Part shown: positions 9,748 to 17,489 of the stretch, in pieces
How positions within the stretch are numbered: the first letter of the stretch is position 1
Layout: every line of letters begins with the position of its first letter
Virus record (IMG/VR): IMGVR_UViG_3300046167_000466
Span: 1-63,548 of that record
Strand: one strand, 5' to 3'
DNA: 63,548 nt
Origin: a virus
Lineage: Duplodnaviria; Caudoviricetes
Notes under the pieces: generated by a model
Database searches by the model: none
Seen by the model: only the letters and a program-made list of their open reading frames with translations
Told to the model about the DNA's origin: nothing
Program-made: the position numbers and the translations under genes

Positions 9748-9882
9748 ATGCGAAACATTAAACTCACTGAAAACGATTGTACCTTTGTACACTATGTACT
9801 TAGAATGTATGCACAACAAACACCGGGATTAGACCGACAAGACAAATTAGAAATTCGCGAAGTCGCGGCAAAATTTAAATAA
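9748..9882 (+). CDS. Small early hypothetical protein (44 aa)
   Basis: Manual ORF MRNIKLTENDCTFVHYVL... Confidence 0.6.
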   Translation: MRNIKLTENDCTFVHYVLRMYAQQTPGLDRQDKLEIREVAAKFK

Positions 9883-9883
9883 T

Positions 9884-10105
9884 ATGAGTAAACTAATATA
9901 CACCGAAGAATATGTCTCCGACGGAAAAAAGTTTTATTGGGACGTTGATACCCTAAATGCTTTTAGATTTGAGGCTAACTATATGAACAAAGAAGAACTG
10001 TTAAAATCAGTTACTGAATTTGTAGAAATTGATTGCCACTTAGAAGATGGCGAAACAGAAGAAATGTTAATTTCGGATTTAATGAAACAAATTTTGCAAA
10101 ACTAA
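9884..10105 (+). CDS. Early hypothetical protein
   Basis: 73-aa ORF in tight tandem. Confidence 0.65.
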   Translation: MSKLIYTEEYVSDGKKFYWDVDTLNAFRFEANYMNKEELLKSVTEFVEIDCHLEDGETEEMLISDLMKQILQN

Positions 10106-10126
10106 TACGATTACCTAACGATAATA
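10093..10126 (+). promoter_or_regulatory. Early promoter motif (copy 5)
   Basis: tttgca aaactaat acga ttacctaa cgataata. Confidence 0.7.
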
Positions 10127-10127
10127 T

Positions 10128-10418
10128 ATGTGTATGAAACTAATAGAAATAAATAAAAACGGAACTACCACATTCCTATTAAATGACGGACGTAAAATAA
10201 AATCCTACCAATCAGGTTACGTCAGAATTGAATCACACCGACTCGATCGATTGTACCAAATAAACAAAGTGGTAAAAATTATGGACGAGTATTGGACGGG
10301 CGTATGGCACGGCAGGGGTAGAATGGATGTAACTATCTATAACCACAAACGAGTACTAATACCTAACGAACTCGATCGACTTGAATATATTATTAACTGG
10401 GTAAAACGAAATGTATAA
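10128..10418 (+). CDS. Early hypothetical protein
   Basis: 96-aa ORF; start may be the ATG at 10134. Confidence 0.65.
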   Translation: MCMKLIEINKNGTTTFLLNDGRKIKSYQSGYVRIESHRLDRLYQINKVVKIMDEYWTGVWHGRGRMDVTIYNHKRVLIPNELDRLEYIINWVKRNV

Positions 10419-10666
10419 TGGAATTATGTGAAAATATTACCGTAAACGGTTGGGACTTTGAACTAGTAAGAAACGATATAGACGACGTGTTTTACCAATG
10501 TAGAGGCGAAGTAATGTATGACGACGAGCACGATGAAATGCCAGAACCTAGTCTTTGGCGAGCAGCGGAGAAGTTAGAAGAAATACTAACTAAAGACGGA
10601 TTAAAAGTATATGCTGGCCACAGTGAAAAAGGCTGGGTTGAAGTAACTATAAATACACAACTATGA
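10418..10666 (+). CDS. Early hypothetical protein
   Basis: 82 aa, TAATG overlap. Confidence 0.7.
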   Translation: MELCENITVNGWDFELVRNDIDDVFYQCRGEVMYDDEHDEMPEPSLWRAAEKLEEILTKDGLKVYAGHSEKGWVEVTINTQL

Positions 10667-10902
10667 TGACAATGAAAGAAGCGTGTGAGTACGTTAAAAA
10701 CTCAAGACTAGCGAAGAATCGCCAACACCGAATCGAAGTAACTAAAGGCGACTATTGCTCTGGGTTAACCGATCGAGAATACAAACGTGTACAAGTACGA
10801 GCTAAAGGTGCCGGAAGTAAAGGCAGAAGTTATTCTCACACCAAATTATGGAGTGACCAAAATTTATCAAACCGAATACACACATTTTATCACACTAAAT
10901 AA
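10663..10902 (+). CDS. Early hypothetical protein
   Basis: 79 aa, ATGA overlap. Confidence 0.65.
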   Translation: MMTMKEACEYVKNSRLAKNRQHRIEVTKGDYCSGLTDREYKRVQVRAKGAGSKGRSYSHTKLWSDQNLSNRIHTFYHTK

Positions 10903-10908
10903 ACTAAT

Positions 10909-11043
10909 ATGAAAAGAAAATTTACACACAAAGTACTAACAGTAATAACTTACGCTGCGATCGCTGGATTAGCCACAATTGCAGTAACCGGAATATTAGC
11001 ATCTATATTCTTTTTAATTACTGACCCCACGTTTAGAGTATAA
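10909..11043 (+). CDS. Small single-pass membrane protein (44 aa)
   Basis: Manual ORF MKRKFTHKVLTVITYAAIAGLATIAVTGILASIFFLITDPTFRV. Confidence 0.6.
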   Translation: MKRKFTHKVLTVITYAAIAGLATIAVTGILASIFFLITDPTFRV

Positions 11044-11046
11044 GTA

Positions 11047-11080
11047 TTTACAAACTAAACACGAACAACTATCGATAATA
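11047..11080 (+). promoter_or_regulatory. Early promoter motif (copy 6)
   Basis: tttaca aactaaac acga acaactat cgataata. Confidence 0.75.
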
Positions 11081-11106
11081 TAATTGAATAAAATAAATAA
11101 TTTACT

Positions 11107-11313
11107 ATGCAAAATACAATTAAATTTACCACAAACAAAAAAATTAAACTCAACGGAGTTACCTACAAACCTTATACTATCGGTAATCTGCCACCTTCAT
11201 TCGGTTTCAAATACGATGAAGAAAAAGATAAAGACGGAATTTATCAATGGTTTAACTACAAAGGCTTAACTTATGTCGAAGACAAAAAAACTATCTGGGA
11301 TGCTTTTGCATAG
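11107..11313 (+). CDS. Early hypothetical protein
   Basis: 68-aa ORF after promoter motif. Confidence 0.65.
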   Translation: MQNTIKFTTNKKIKLNGVTYKPYTIGNLPPSFGFKYDEEKDKDGIYQWFNYKGLTYVEDKKTIWDAFA

Positions 11314-11566
11314 GGGTATTCCCTACCACTACAAAGAGTGGACGACTTGGAGCGGTGAGCAAGCTAATGGTTATGGTTGTACAGAATTTAATTTTTCGCC
11401 ATACAATGTTAGCTACTTACCTGCCCAATCGGAAGACGAAATGAAAGCTCGTATTGACGACTTTATCGACAATCACGACAAGTATGTGAGACTGCGTAAG
11501 CTGCACGATGCCGGATGTGAAGCATATTATGCAAGTAAAAAACCCGGCGAATACACAGGAGATTAA
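11273..11566 (+). CDS. Early hypothetical protein
   Basis: 97 aa; ends in a Y-x-G-D motif. Confidence 0.6.
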   Translation: MSKTKKLSGMLLHRGIPYHYKEWTTWSGEQANGYGCTEFNFSPYNVSYLPAQSEDEMKARIDDFIDNHDKYVRLRKLHDAGCEAYYASKKPGEYTGD

Positions 11567-11569
11567 ATT

Positions 11570-11812
11570 ATGAGTGATACAATAACTAAATGGCACGAAA
11601 TGCAAGAAGAAAATAACGAAAAACCATACCACCAAAAAGCGCAATGGGTATTCATTATGGACTTTACTGACGGTAAAGCCTACAGATACGATGTAAGCGA
11701 CCTAGCTGACGACAGCGAAGTGATCGAAGCGTTCTTACACGGTGCTGGTCACAAGCTTTCTAACTGCGAATGGATGGTAACTAAACATAAAGATTTTATA
11801 AATGGCAACTAA
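11570..11812 (+). CDS. Early hypothetical protein
   Basis: 80-aa ORF. Confidence 0.65.
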   Translation: MSDTITKWHEMQEENNEKPYHQKAQWVFIMDFTDGKAYRYDVSDLADDSEVIEAFLHGAGHKLSNCEWMVTKHKDFINGN

Positions 11813-11910
11813 TAAAGAATTATACGAAGCATTTATATACAATTTAAACTGCTATGACTCTAAAATAATCGATAAAAACGATTTTATTAACGCAATGGAA
11901 GAATATATTT

Positions 11911-12102
11911 ATGAGTAGAATGAAAGAACTTGACGAAATCGCACAAGGTGTCGCCGACGTCACAATGGAACTAATGTATGATAGTGTTGAATGGCAACTA
12001 TCGGATTTTGAACAAGACGGTGATGACTTTAATGCTATACACAGCCACGTTATGTACCTCGCAATAGCTAAAATGTATGAACAAACGAAGAAAAAAGCGT
12101 AA
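11911..12102 (+). CDS. Early hypothetical protein
   Basis: 63-aa acidic ORF. Confidence 0.6.
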   Translation: MSRMKELDEIAQGVADVTMELMYDSVEWQLSDFEQDGDDFNAIHSHVMYLAIAKMYEQTKKKA

Positions 12103-12352
12103 ATTTTCGCATCACAAAATAACGAGAGCGCAGATCGAAGCGTTAGAAAGACAATATTGGGAAAGGTATAATTCTGGTATGCCACAGTGGCAAGCCGCAC
12201 AATATCAATAAGTTATGGAATACAACGAAGCAAGAGTCAAGGCTCTAGAGACTGAGGTTTTTAACCTTAACCAAAAAATTAAACAAATGCAATCAGAGTT
12301 AGATTATTTTAAACGCAATGCCGTACGAAAAATGATAAGTGACTCAAAATAA

Positions 12353-12386
12353 TTTACAAAGCTAATACGAACACAAATCGATAATA
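12353..12386 (+). promoter_or_regulatory. Early promoter motif (copy 7)
   Basis: tttaca aagctaat acga acacaaat cgataata. Confidence 0.75.
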
Positions 12387-12410
12387 TATATGTAACAAAA
12401 AAACAAAACT

Positions 12411-12599
12411 ATGTATTGTAAATGTGGCACTGAAGTGCACCCTATTAGATTAGAATATGGTTATAAAACATGTGTACCTTGTAGTACTGTTGAAGACTAC
12501 AGTTATGTACCGATTATAACTCACAAAACAGGTAATACAATACAAATCGTCAGCCAAGAAGTAAGTGCATCAGTACACAGAGCTTGGCGGCGTAAATAG
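12411..12599 (+). CDS. C4 zinc-finger protein, DksA/TraR-finger-like
   Basis: C-K-CGTEVHPIRLEYGYKTC-VP-C resembles CxxCGxxIxxxRL...CxxC. Confidence 0.55.
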   Translation: MYCKCGTEVHPIRLEYGYKTCVPCSTVEDYSYVPIITHKTGNTIQIVSQEVSASVHRAWRRK

Positions 12600-12600
12600 T

Positions 12601-13011
12601 GTGTTTCCCACTAAGACTATGACGAATAGTTGAAACTTGCTAATCGGCAAGCGGCAGAAAGGATGTTTGACGCACTAGCTAGACGAGTAGCTTAGTTAGG
12701 CACATAGGAACTCAGGGAGGAGATACGTGTGTACATAAGTGAATTGCTAGTAACGAGAAGAAGTCTGGAAACCAGATTAAAGGCGACAAGATATTGACGG
12801 CACTAGGGTTTGATCACCTGTAATTGTGTGAACGATGACGTCGGCTCGATGAAGGTGAAAGATAGTATAAACAGAGAAAAGAGTATAAGTCAGGGCATAC
12901 TAGTTAATGACGTGCATCTCTAACATTCCAGTTCTATCCTCTTCTCAAGTATACAGGTATGGGCACGAGTGTGGTGCTGTAACTCGACCGAAAAACATAC
13001 GAGCATACCTG
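12601..13011 (+). ncRNA. Candidate large structured non-coding RNA (family unknown)
   Basis: No ORF of 60 aa or more; several hairpins plus long-range pairings 12704-12728/12910-12937 and 12954-12961/13004-13011. Confidence 0.5.
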
Positions 13012-13015
13012 AAAT

Positions 13016-13116
13016 GGGCGTGAAATGGTTAGATGAATAGCAACTGCTCTGAATGTCAGACTTTCGAGTCCGTCATCAGGACTATTCAAACGCGGGTTCG
13101 ATTCCTGCCACGTCCA
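13016..13116 (+). ncRNA. Minimal tmRNA-like RNA (tRNA-like domain only, Ala identity)
   Basis: Acceptor GGGCGTG/CACGTCC-A with G3:U70; stemless D-loop; TGAATAG/CTATTCA helix; T-arm GCGGG-TTCGATT-CCTGC; no anticodon arm. Confidence 0.8.
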
Positions 13117-13118
13117 CT

Positions 13119-13325
13119 ATGGAAATAAATGAATATATAAAAACAGAGATGGCGAAGCTCGATCGAGGTATCGTAGCAACGCCTGAAGACAGAGAACAAC
13201 TAGAGAACTTTGCAGGTGGATGCGGTCAAGGCTCTTTAATACTAATGCAAATGGCAATTAACTTCGGTTATAAAATAGCGTTAGAAAATTTACAAATTGA
13301 ATACGAACAAGAATCGATAATATAA
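13119..13325 (+). CDS. Hypothetical protein (68 aa; start at 13119, not 13053)
   Basis: The ORF-track N-terminal extension overlaps the tmRNA-like element. Confidence 0.65.
   Translation: MEINEYIKTEMAKLDRGIVATPEDREQLENFAGGCGQGSLILMQMAINFGYKIALENLQIEYEQESII
13289..13322 (+). promoter_or_regulatory. Early promoter motif (copy 8)
   Basis: tttaca aattgaat acga acaagaat cgataata. Confidence 0.75.
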
Positions 13326-13340
13326 TAAATTAAAACAAAT

Positions 13341-13592
13341 ATGAGTAGACTAACAATTTATGAAAGGCTAAAGCCAGAAATCAAAGAGGCATTACATTCC
13401 TCTGAAAACGACAAATACCAAGCGAGTGTTGACTCTATAGTCGAAGCGCTTTCAAGCACTACATTTTATAGTGACCTAAAAATTAGCGACGTTAGCTCGT
13501 TATATACATTTTCTAACATTGAACTACTTAGAGTTTCAGCGTGGGATTTTAAATACGGTGATAACATTTTAATAACTAAAGACTATGAGTAA
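13341..13592 (+). CDS. Hypothetical protein
   Basis: 83 aa after promoter motif. Confidence 0.65.
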   Translation: MSRLTIYERLKPEIKEALHSSENDKYQASVDSIVEALSSTTFYSDLKISDVSSLYTFSNIELLRVSAWDFKYGDNILITKDYE

Positions 13593-14061
13593 AATACTAA
13601 CTGACGAATTGATCGAAGCAAGGCTACGTAAAATTAACGTACTTGATAGACAACCGATGGGTGACGACGATTTAGACCATGACTATATGCTTAAAACTAT
13701 AGCTAATCACTTTGATTTTAAGATAACTAGCGATTGGCCGAATCAACCTGACATGATGTTTTACAGCGAAACAACTGCCGATGGCTACGAGCTATGGATT
13801 GCAACCGATAACGATCGCAACCCAAGTGTAAGTGAAGACATATACTATTATGATAACGACTGGCTAGAAAAAATGCCTGACGCTATGATTGATGGAGCTA
13901 GCATATACTACGACCAGCTTGATGACGAAGAGTATGCTTTCCAAGAAGTGGTTGAAGAAGTATACGATGACTATTACAACGATAAGAAAAAAGAAATTGA
14001 AAACGAATTAATTGAAGAAGGTTATGAGTACGAAAGAGAAGACGAAACAGTCGGTGCCTAA
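13585..14061 (+). CDS. Highly acidic hypothetical protein
   Basis: 158 aa, D/E/Y-rich. Confidence 0.7.
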   Translation: MSKILTDELIEARLRKINVLDRQPMGDDDLDHDYMLKTIANHFDFKITSDWPNQPDMMFYSETTADGYELWIATDNDRNPSVSEDIYYYDNDWLEKMPDAMIDGASIYYDQLDDEEYAFQEVVEEVYDDYYNDKKKEIENELIEEGYEYEREDETVGA

Positions 14062-14296
14062 ATGGTTTAAAGGTATGATATACGACAAGGGCGAAACAGT
14101 TACAAATCCGTTCAGCGGCGAAACATACGAGCTAACCGGCGTTGAGTTATCTATGTATGACTTCATAATGGGTAGTCAGTACGTAATGGAGGTTGCTCCA
14201 AAGACTGTAACACAAAAACAAATTAATGATTTTCACAAAGCACTACGTTGGTTTCAGAAAAACAATATTGAAGCCTATATGGTATTGCTAGATTAA
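14024..14296 (+). CDS. Hypothetical phage protein
   Basis: V-x-NPFSGE...L...ELSMYDFIMG...WF...AYMVLLD. Confidence 0.65.
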   Translation: MSTKEKTKQSVPKWFKGMIYDKGETVTNPFSGETYELTGVELSMYDFIMGSQYVMEVAPKTVTQKQINDFHKALRWFQKNNIEAYMVLLD

Positions 14297-14306
14297 TACT
14301 AAAATT

Positions 14307-14516
14307 ATGCCAAATATGAGTTATTGCCGCTTCGAAAATACGGCAAAAGATATGCAAGACTGCGTGTACGCGATCGAAGACCGCGACGTGTACGATTTTG
14401 GAGCTCACGAATTACGTGGCTTCAAAGAAGTTTACGAGCTAGCGCAAGCGATCGTAGATATGGAAGACGACATTGAAAAAATAATTGACTACTATGAATC
14501 TCCTGACACAAAATAG
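14307..14516 (+). CDS. Hypothetical phage protein (MSYCRFENT family)
   Basis: N-terminal NMSYCRFENTAKDMQDC motif widespread in phages. Confidence 0.7.
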   Translation: MPNMSYCRFENTAKDMQDCVYAIEDRDVYDFGAHELRGFKEVYELAQAIVDMEDDIEKIIDYYESPDTK

Positions 14517-15099
14517 TAAATTAAAAAAGACAAGTAAAGAACTCGGGCTCCGTGTGTTTAACTTCGGTATACCTGCATATAAATCTGCAAGTGGTAAGTT
14601 AACATGCCCAATGGCTGACGAATGTGTTAAATTCTGTTATGCTAAAAAAGGAGCCTACATCTGGTCTAACGTAAAACCGGCGTTTGAAAAGCGTTATCAG
14701 CTAACAAAGACTGAAAACTTTGTCGATGCTATGAATAACGAAATACGTAAGAAGAAACCTGATTACGTGAGAGTCCATGATAGCGGAGATTACTACTCAC
14801 CCGCATATCTAAAAAAGTGGATTGAAGTTGCTATACACAACCCAGGCGTACGGTTTTACAGTTATACCAATATGGTAGATATGATGCTAAAAACCTCATT
14901 ACCAGATAATTATGATATAATTTTTTCCGATTCAGGAAAACAAAAACATTTAATAAATGAACGAAAACACCGACATACAAAAATATTTACTACTACTAGC
15001 AGCCTCGTTTCTAGCGGTTATGTGGATGCTTCTAGCGTAGATCTATACGCAACAAAGTGGTTCAGTAAAAACAACAAAGTGGGATTAGTATTTCATTAA
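14494..15099 (+). CDS. Gp88-like protein (Cys cluster, radical-SAM-related fold)
   Basis: NSKL, TCPMADECVKFCYA, VRVHDSGDYY and FYSYT motifs. Confidence 0.75.
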   Translation: MNLLTQNSKLKKTSKELGLRVFNFGIPAYKSASGKLTCPMADECVKFCYAKKGAYIWSNVKPAFEKRYQLTKTENFVDAMNNEIRKKKPDYVRVHDSGDYYSPAYLKKWIEVAIHNPGVRFYSYTNMVDMMLKTSLPDNYDIIFSDSGKQKHLINERKHRHTKIFTTTSSLVSSGYVDASSVDLYATKWFSKNNKVGLVFH

Positions 15100-15121
15100 A
15101 ATAAACTTAAAACAATAAATT

Positions 15122-15289
15122 ATGGGTAAAGAACCATTAAAAATAACACTAGAGTATTACAACAAAAAGATATCTACTCAAGTAGATCATTCAGACTTAA
15201 AACTTGAAGAACTACATGAGCTATGGATGGATATAGTTAGAGCTATGGGTTACCATCATAAAACAATAAAAGATTTTTATGAAGAATAA
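15122..15289 (+). CDS. Small hypothetical protein (55 aa)
   Basis: Manual ORF MGKEPLKITLEYYNKK...AMGYH. Confidence 0.6.
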   Translation: MGKEPLKITLEYYNKKISTQVDHSDLKLEELHELWMDIVRAMGYHHKTIKDFYEE

Positions 15290-15323
15290 TTTACAAACTT
15301 AATACGAATACAAATCGATAATA
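15290..15323 (+). promoter_or_regulatory. Early promoter motif (copy 9)
   Basis: tttaca aacttaat acga atacaaat cgataata. Confidence 0.75.
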
Positions 15324-15338
15324 TAATAAATTAAAAAT

Positions 15339-15563
15339 ATGAGTAATATAATTGAAAAAGTCTTAGTAGACTCTGAGTGCATCCATGATGCAAAGTACAA
15401 CAATGTGACTAAACGTCTTACACTATTTTATAAAAGCGGCAGCGTTTATAACTATGAGCGCATTCCAAGATTTTATTGGCATGGCTTATTCAACGCAAGT
15501 TCTAAAGGTAAATTCATTAACGCTAACATTATTGGCAAATGGCAATATACTAAAGTAGGTTAA
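15339..15563 (+). CDS. KTSC-domain protein
   Basis: VDSECI...Y...L...YKSGSVYNY..IP.....L..ASSKGKFIN. Confidence 0.85.
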   Translation: MSNIIEKVLVDSECIHDAKYNNVTKRLTLFYKSGSVYNYERIPRFYWHGLFNASSKGKFINANIIGKWQYTKVG

Positions 15564-15847
15564 TGACTGAAAAAGAACTCGAAGCGTTAGCTATTAAAGT
15601 TGCTGATCTTGTTATGGTAGGCTTAATTGAAAAGCAGAAAGAATGGGATCAGCAATTCACTAATGACGTAAACCAAATGTTTACAGGTACTAATGCAGAG
15701 CTTGTTAACGAAGAAGAGCTATTGCTCGCTGAATTAGCTAGGCTAATGACATTACTATCTGGATATGAAGAAAAAGAGCAGTTTGAAAAAGCTGCAATTA
15801 TACACAATAAAATTAAATATATAGAAAATAAAATAAATAGATTATGA
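15563..15847 (+). CDS. Hypothetical protein with C-terminal UVR-like coiled coil
   Basis: EEKEQFEKAAIIHNKIK. Confidence 0.6.
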   Translation: MTEKELEALAIKVADLVMVGLIEKQKEWDQQFTNDVNQMFTGTNAELVNEEELLLAELARLMTLLSGYEEKEQFEKAAIIHNKIKYIENKINRL

Positions 15848-16680
15848 TAAAACCAATGCTCGCATACAAAGTAGGCAAAAAAGAAGTCGACTGGTCCGAG
15901 AAAGTATTTATACAACCTAAGCTTGACGGCGTACGCTGTGTAATATCTAAAGACGGCGCTTACTCACGCACCGGTAAAGAGTGGCTTAATATCCATCACA
16001 TTACTGCAAACCTCGAACCGTTCTTCGAAACGTATCCTGACGTGATACTCGACGGCGAACTATATAACCACGACCTAAAAAATGATTTCGAAAAAATTAT
16101 TTCACTTGTTCGTAAAACTAAACCCTCTGAGGGTGATCGAGTTGAGTCTGCCGGATATGTACAGTTTCATTGCTACGACTACTTTTACGCACCTAGTAAT
16201 GATAATTTTTCTAGCCGAATTACGTGGCTTAAAAATGAATTACCGGAAAGCTACTGTGTTAAATTTACTAACACATACTTAGTTGATAAATACGAAGAGG
16301 CTTTAAACATGCACAACGATGCTTTCTTAGCTAATGGCTACGAGGGTTCTATACTGCGCCTTGACAAACCGTACGAATGTAAACGTTCTTACAACCTTCA
16401 AAAGTTTAAAGACTTCCACGACACTGAGGCAACTATTGTTGGCTATGTACCGGGCAAAGGTAAGTTTACTGGCTTGATCGGTAAATTTCTTATGCAAGAT
16501 GACGATGGCATAGCGTTCGGCTGCCCTATCGGCAAAGGCTACAACTTTCAAGATCGTCGAGACATTCTAAACAATGTGCATGACTATATTGGCAAACGTG
16601 CTACGTTTACATACTTTGAACGTACAAAAGCCGGCAGCTATCGTCATCCTCTGTATAAAACACTACGTAACTATGAGTAA
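15844..16680 (+). CDS. ATP-dependent DNA ligase
   Basis: KPMLA, QPKLDGVRC (motif I), ILDGELY, YEGSILR, KFK, OB-fold C-terminus. Confidence 0.93.
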   Translation: MIKPMLAYKVGKKEVDWSEKVFIQPKLDGVRCVISKDGAYSRTGKEWLNIHHITANLEPFFETYPDVILDGELYNHDLKNDFEKIISLVRKTKPSEGDRVESAGYVQFHCYDYFYAPSNDNFSSRITWLKNELPESYCVKFTNTYLVDKYEEALNMHNDAFLANGYEGSILRLDKPYECKRSYNLQKFKDFHDTEATIVGYVPGKGKFTGLIGKFLMQDDDGIAFGCPIGKGYNFQDRRDILNNVHDYIGKRATFTYFERTKAGSYRHPLYKTLRNYE

Positions 16681-16780
16681 ACTAATATGGCAACTATACA
16701 ACGAAAATATGATAAGCGAAGAAGTCGCTCACCTATTATTAGACAAACATTATAACAGAGTTAATAAGAAAAGGTTTTAA
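16673..16780 (+). CDS. Small hypothetical protein
   Basis: MSKLIWQLYNEN..., coupled between ligase and the next gene. Confidence 0.5.
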   Translation: MSKLIWQLYNENMISEEVAHLLLDKHYNRVNKKRF

Positions 16781-17283
16781 TGAATATATTTTATTTACAC
16801 CCAGACCCAGCTAAAGCTGCTAGTTTCTTTTACGACAAGCACAAAGTCAAAATGATTTTGGAATCGGCGCAAATGTTATGTACTGCGCATCATGTATATA
16901 ACAACGGTGACAACGTGCCATATAAAAAAGCACACCTTAATCATCCAAGTACCATATGGGTACGTGATAGTATACACCACTACAATTGGTTGTACGATCA
17001 CATGCTTGCATTAGGTAAAGAGTATACAGCTAGATACAATAAGCATCACCTCAGTATTGCTAAGTGTCGTGAGGCTTTAATGTACCCGCCTTCAGGTATG
17101 CCAGACAATGGATTTGTCCAACCACCTCAATGTATGCCTGACGAATATAAAGAGACTAGTAGCTTAGCTGCGTACTGGAATTATTACGAACAAGAAAAAC
17201 ACACAGTAAAAAATAAAAATGAGCAAAAAATTATACGACCACATTATATCAACGAATTATGCGAACATTACAAAGAAAGTTAA
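16780..17283 (+). CDS. Pyrimidine-dimer DNA glycosylase (DenV/Pyr_excise-like)
   Basis: MNIFYL...DKHKVKMILESAQML...HLNHPSTIW...EYTARY...PPQCMPDEYK. Confidence 0.8.
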   Translation: MNIFYLHPDPAKAASFFYDKHKVKMILESAQMLCTAHHVYNNGDNVPYKKAHLNHPSTIWVRDSIHHYNWLYDHMLALGKEYTARYNKHHLSIAKCREALMYPPSGMPDNGFVQPPQCMPDEYKETSSLAAYWNYYEQEKHTVKNKNEQKIIRPHYINELCEHYKES

Positions 17284-17453
17284 AACGTTTCAAAAGAAAA
17301 AGAAAACATCTAAGGTATCTTCAAAATAGTATATGGACATTAAAGTATGAAATACTTAATGATGCCCTTATATTAGAAATTAATGAAACCAAAATAAATT
17401 TGTTTCACAAATACCAGAAAAGATACAAGCTAATCACATTTATGCGACGATAG
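17259..17453 (+). CDS. Basic hypothetical protein
   Basis: 64 aa. Confidence 0.5.
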   Translation: MRTLQRKLKRFKRKRKHLRYLQNSIWTLKYEILNDALILEINETKINLFHKYQKRYKLITFMRR

Positions 17454-17489
17454 CTAATATATAATAAATAGTAAGAAGCTAATGTCATA
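17443..17489. promoter_or_regulatory. Inverted-repeat site TGCGACG-N33-TGTCATA (copy 3), overlapping the HTH gene start
   Basis: Right arm overlaps ATG 17482. Confidence 0.65.

Noticed and set aside
12603-12636. Hammerhead ribozyme (stem followed by GAAAC)
   Set aside because: The CUGANGA core is missing (ctaaga), and GTTTC/GAAAC can simply pair as a stem.
12750-12900. RNase P RNA or group I intron
   Set aside because: GAAGAAGTCTGG only loosely resembles GAGGAAAGUCC and has no matching 3' P4 strand; no group I R/S pair was found.
13016-13116. Ordinary tRNA-Ala or intron-containing tRNA
   Set aside because: There is no D-stem and no 7-nt anticodon loop; the architecture matches the tmRNA tRNA-like domain instead.
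13053-13118. N-terminal extension of ORF 13053..13325
   Set aside because: It overlaps the tmRNA-like structure; ATG 13119 is the more plausible start.
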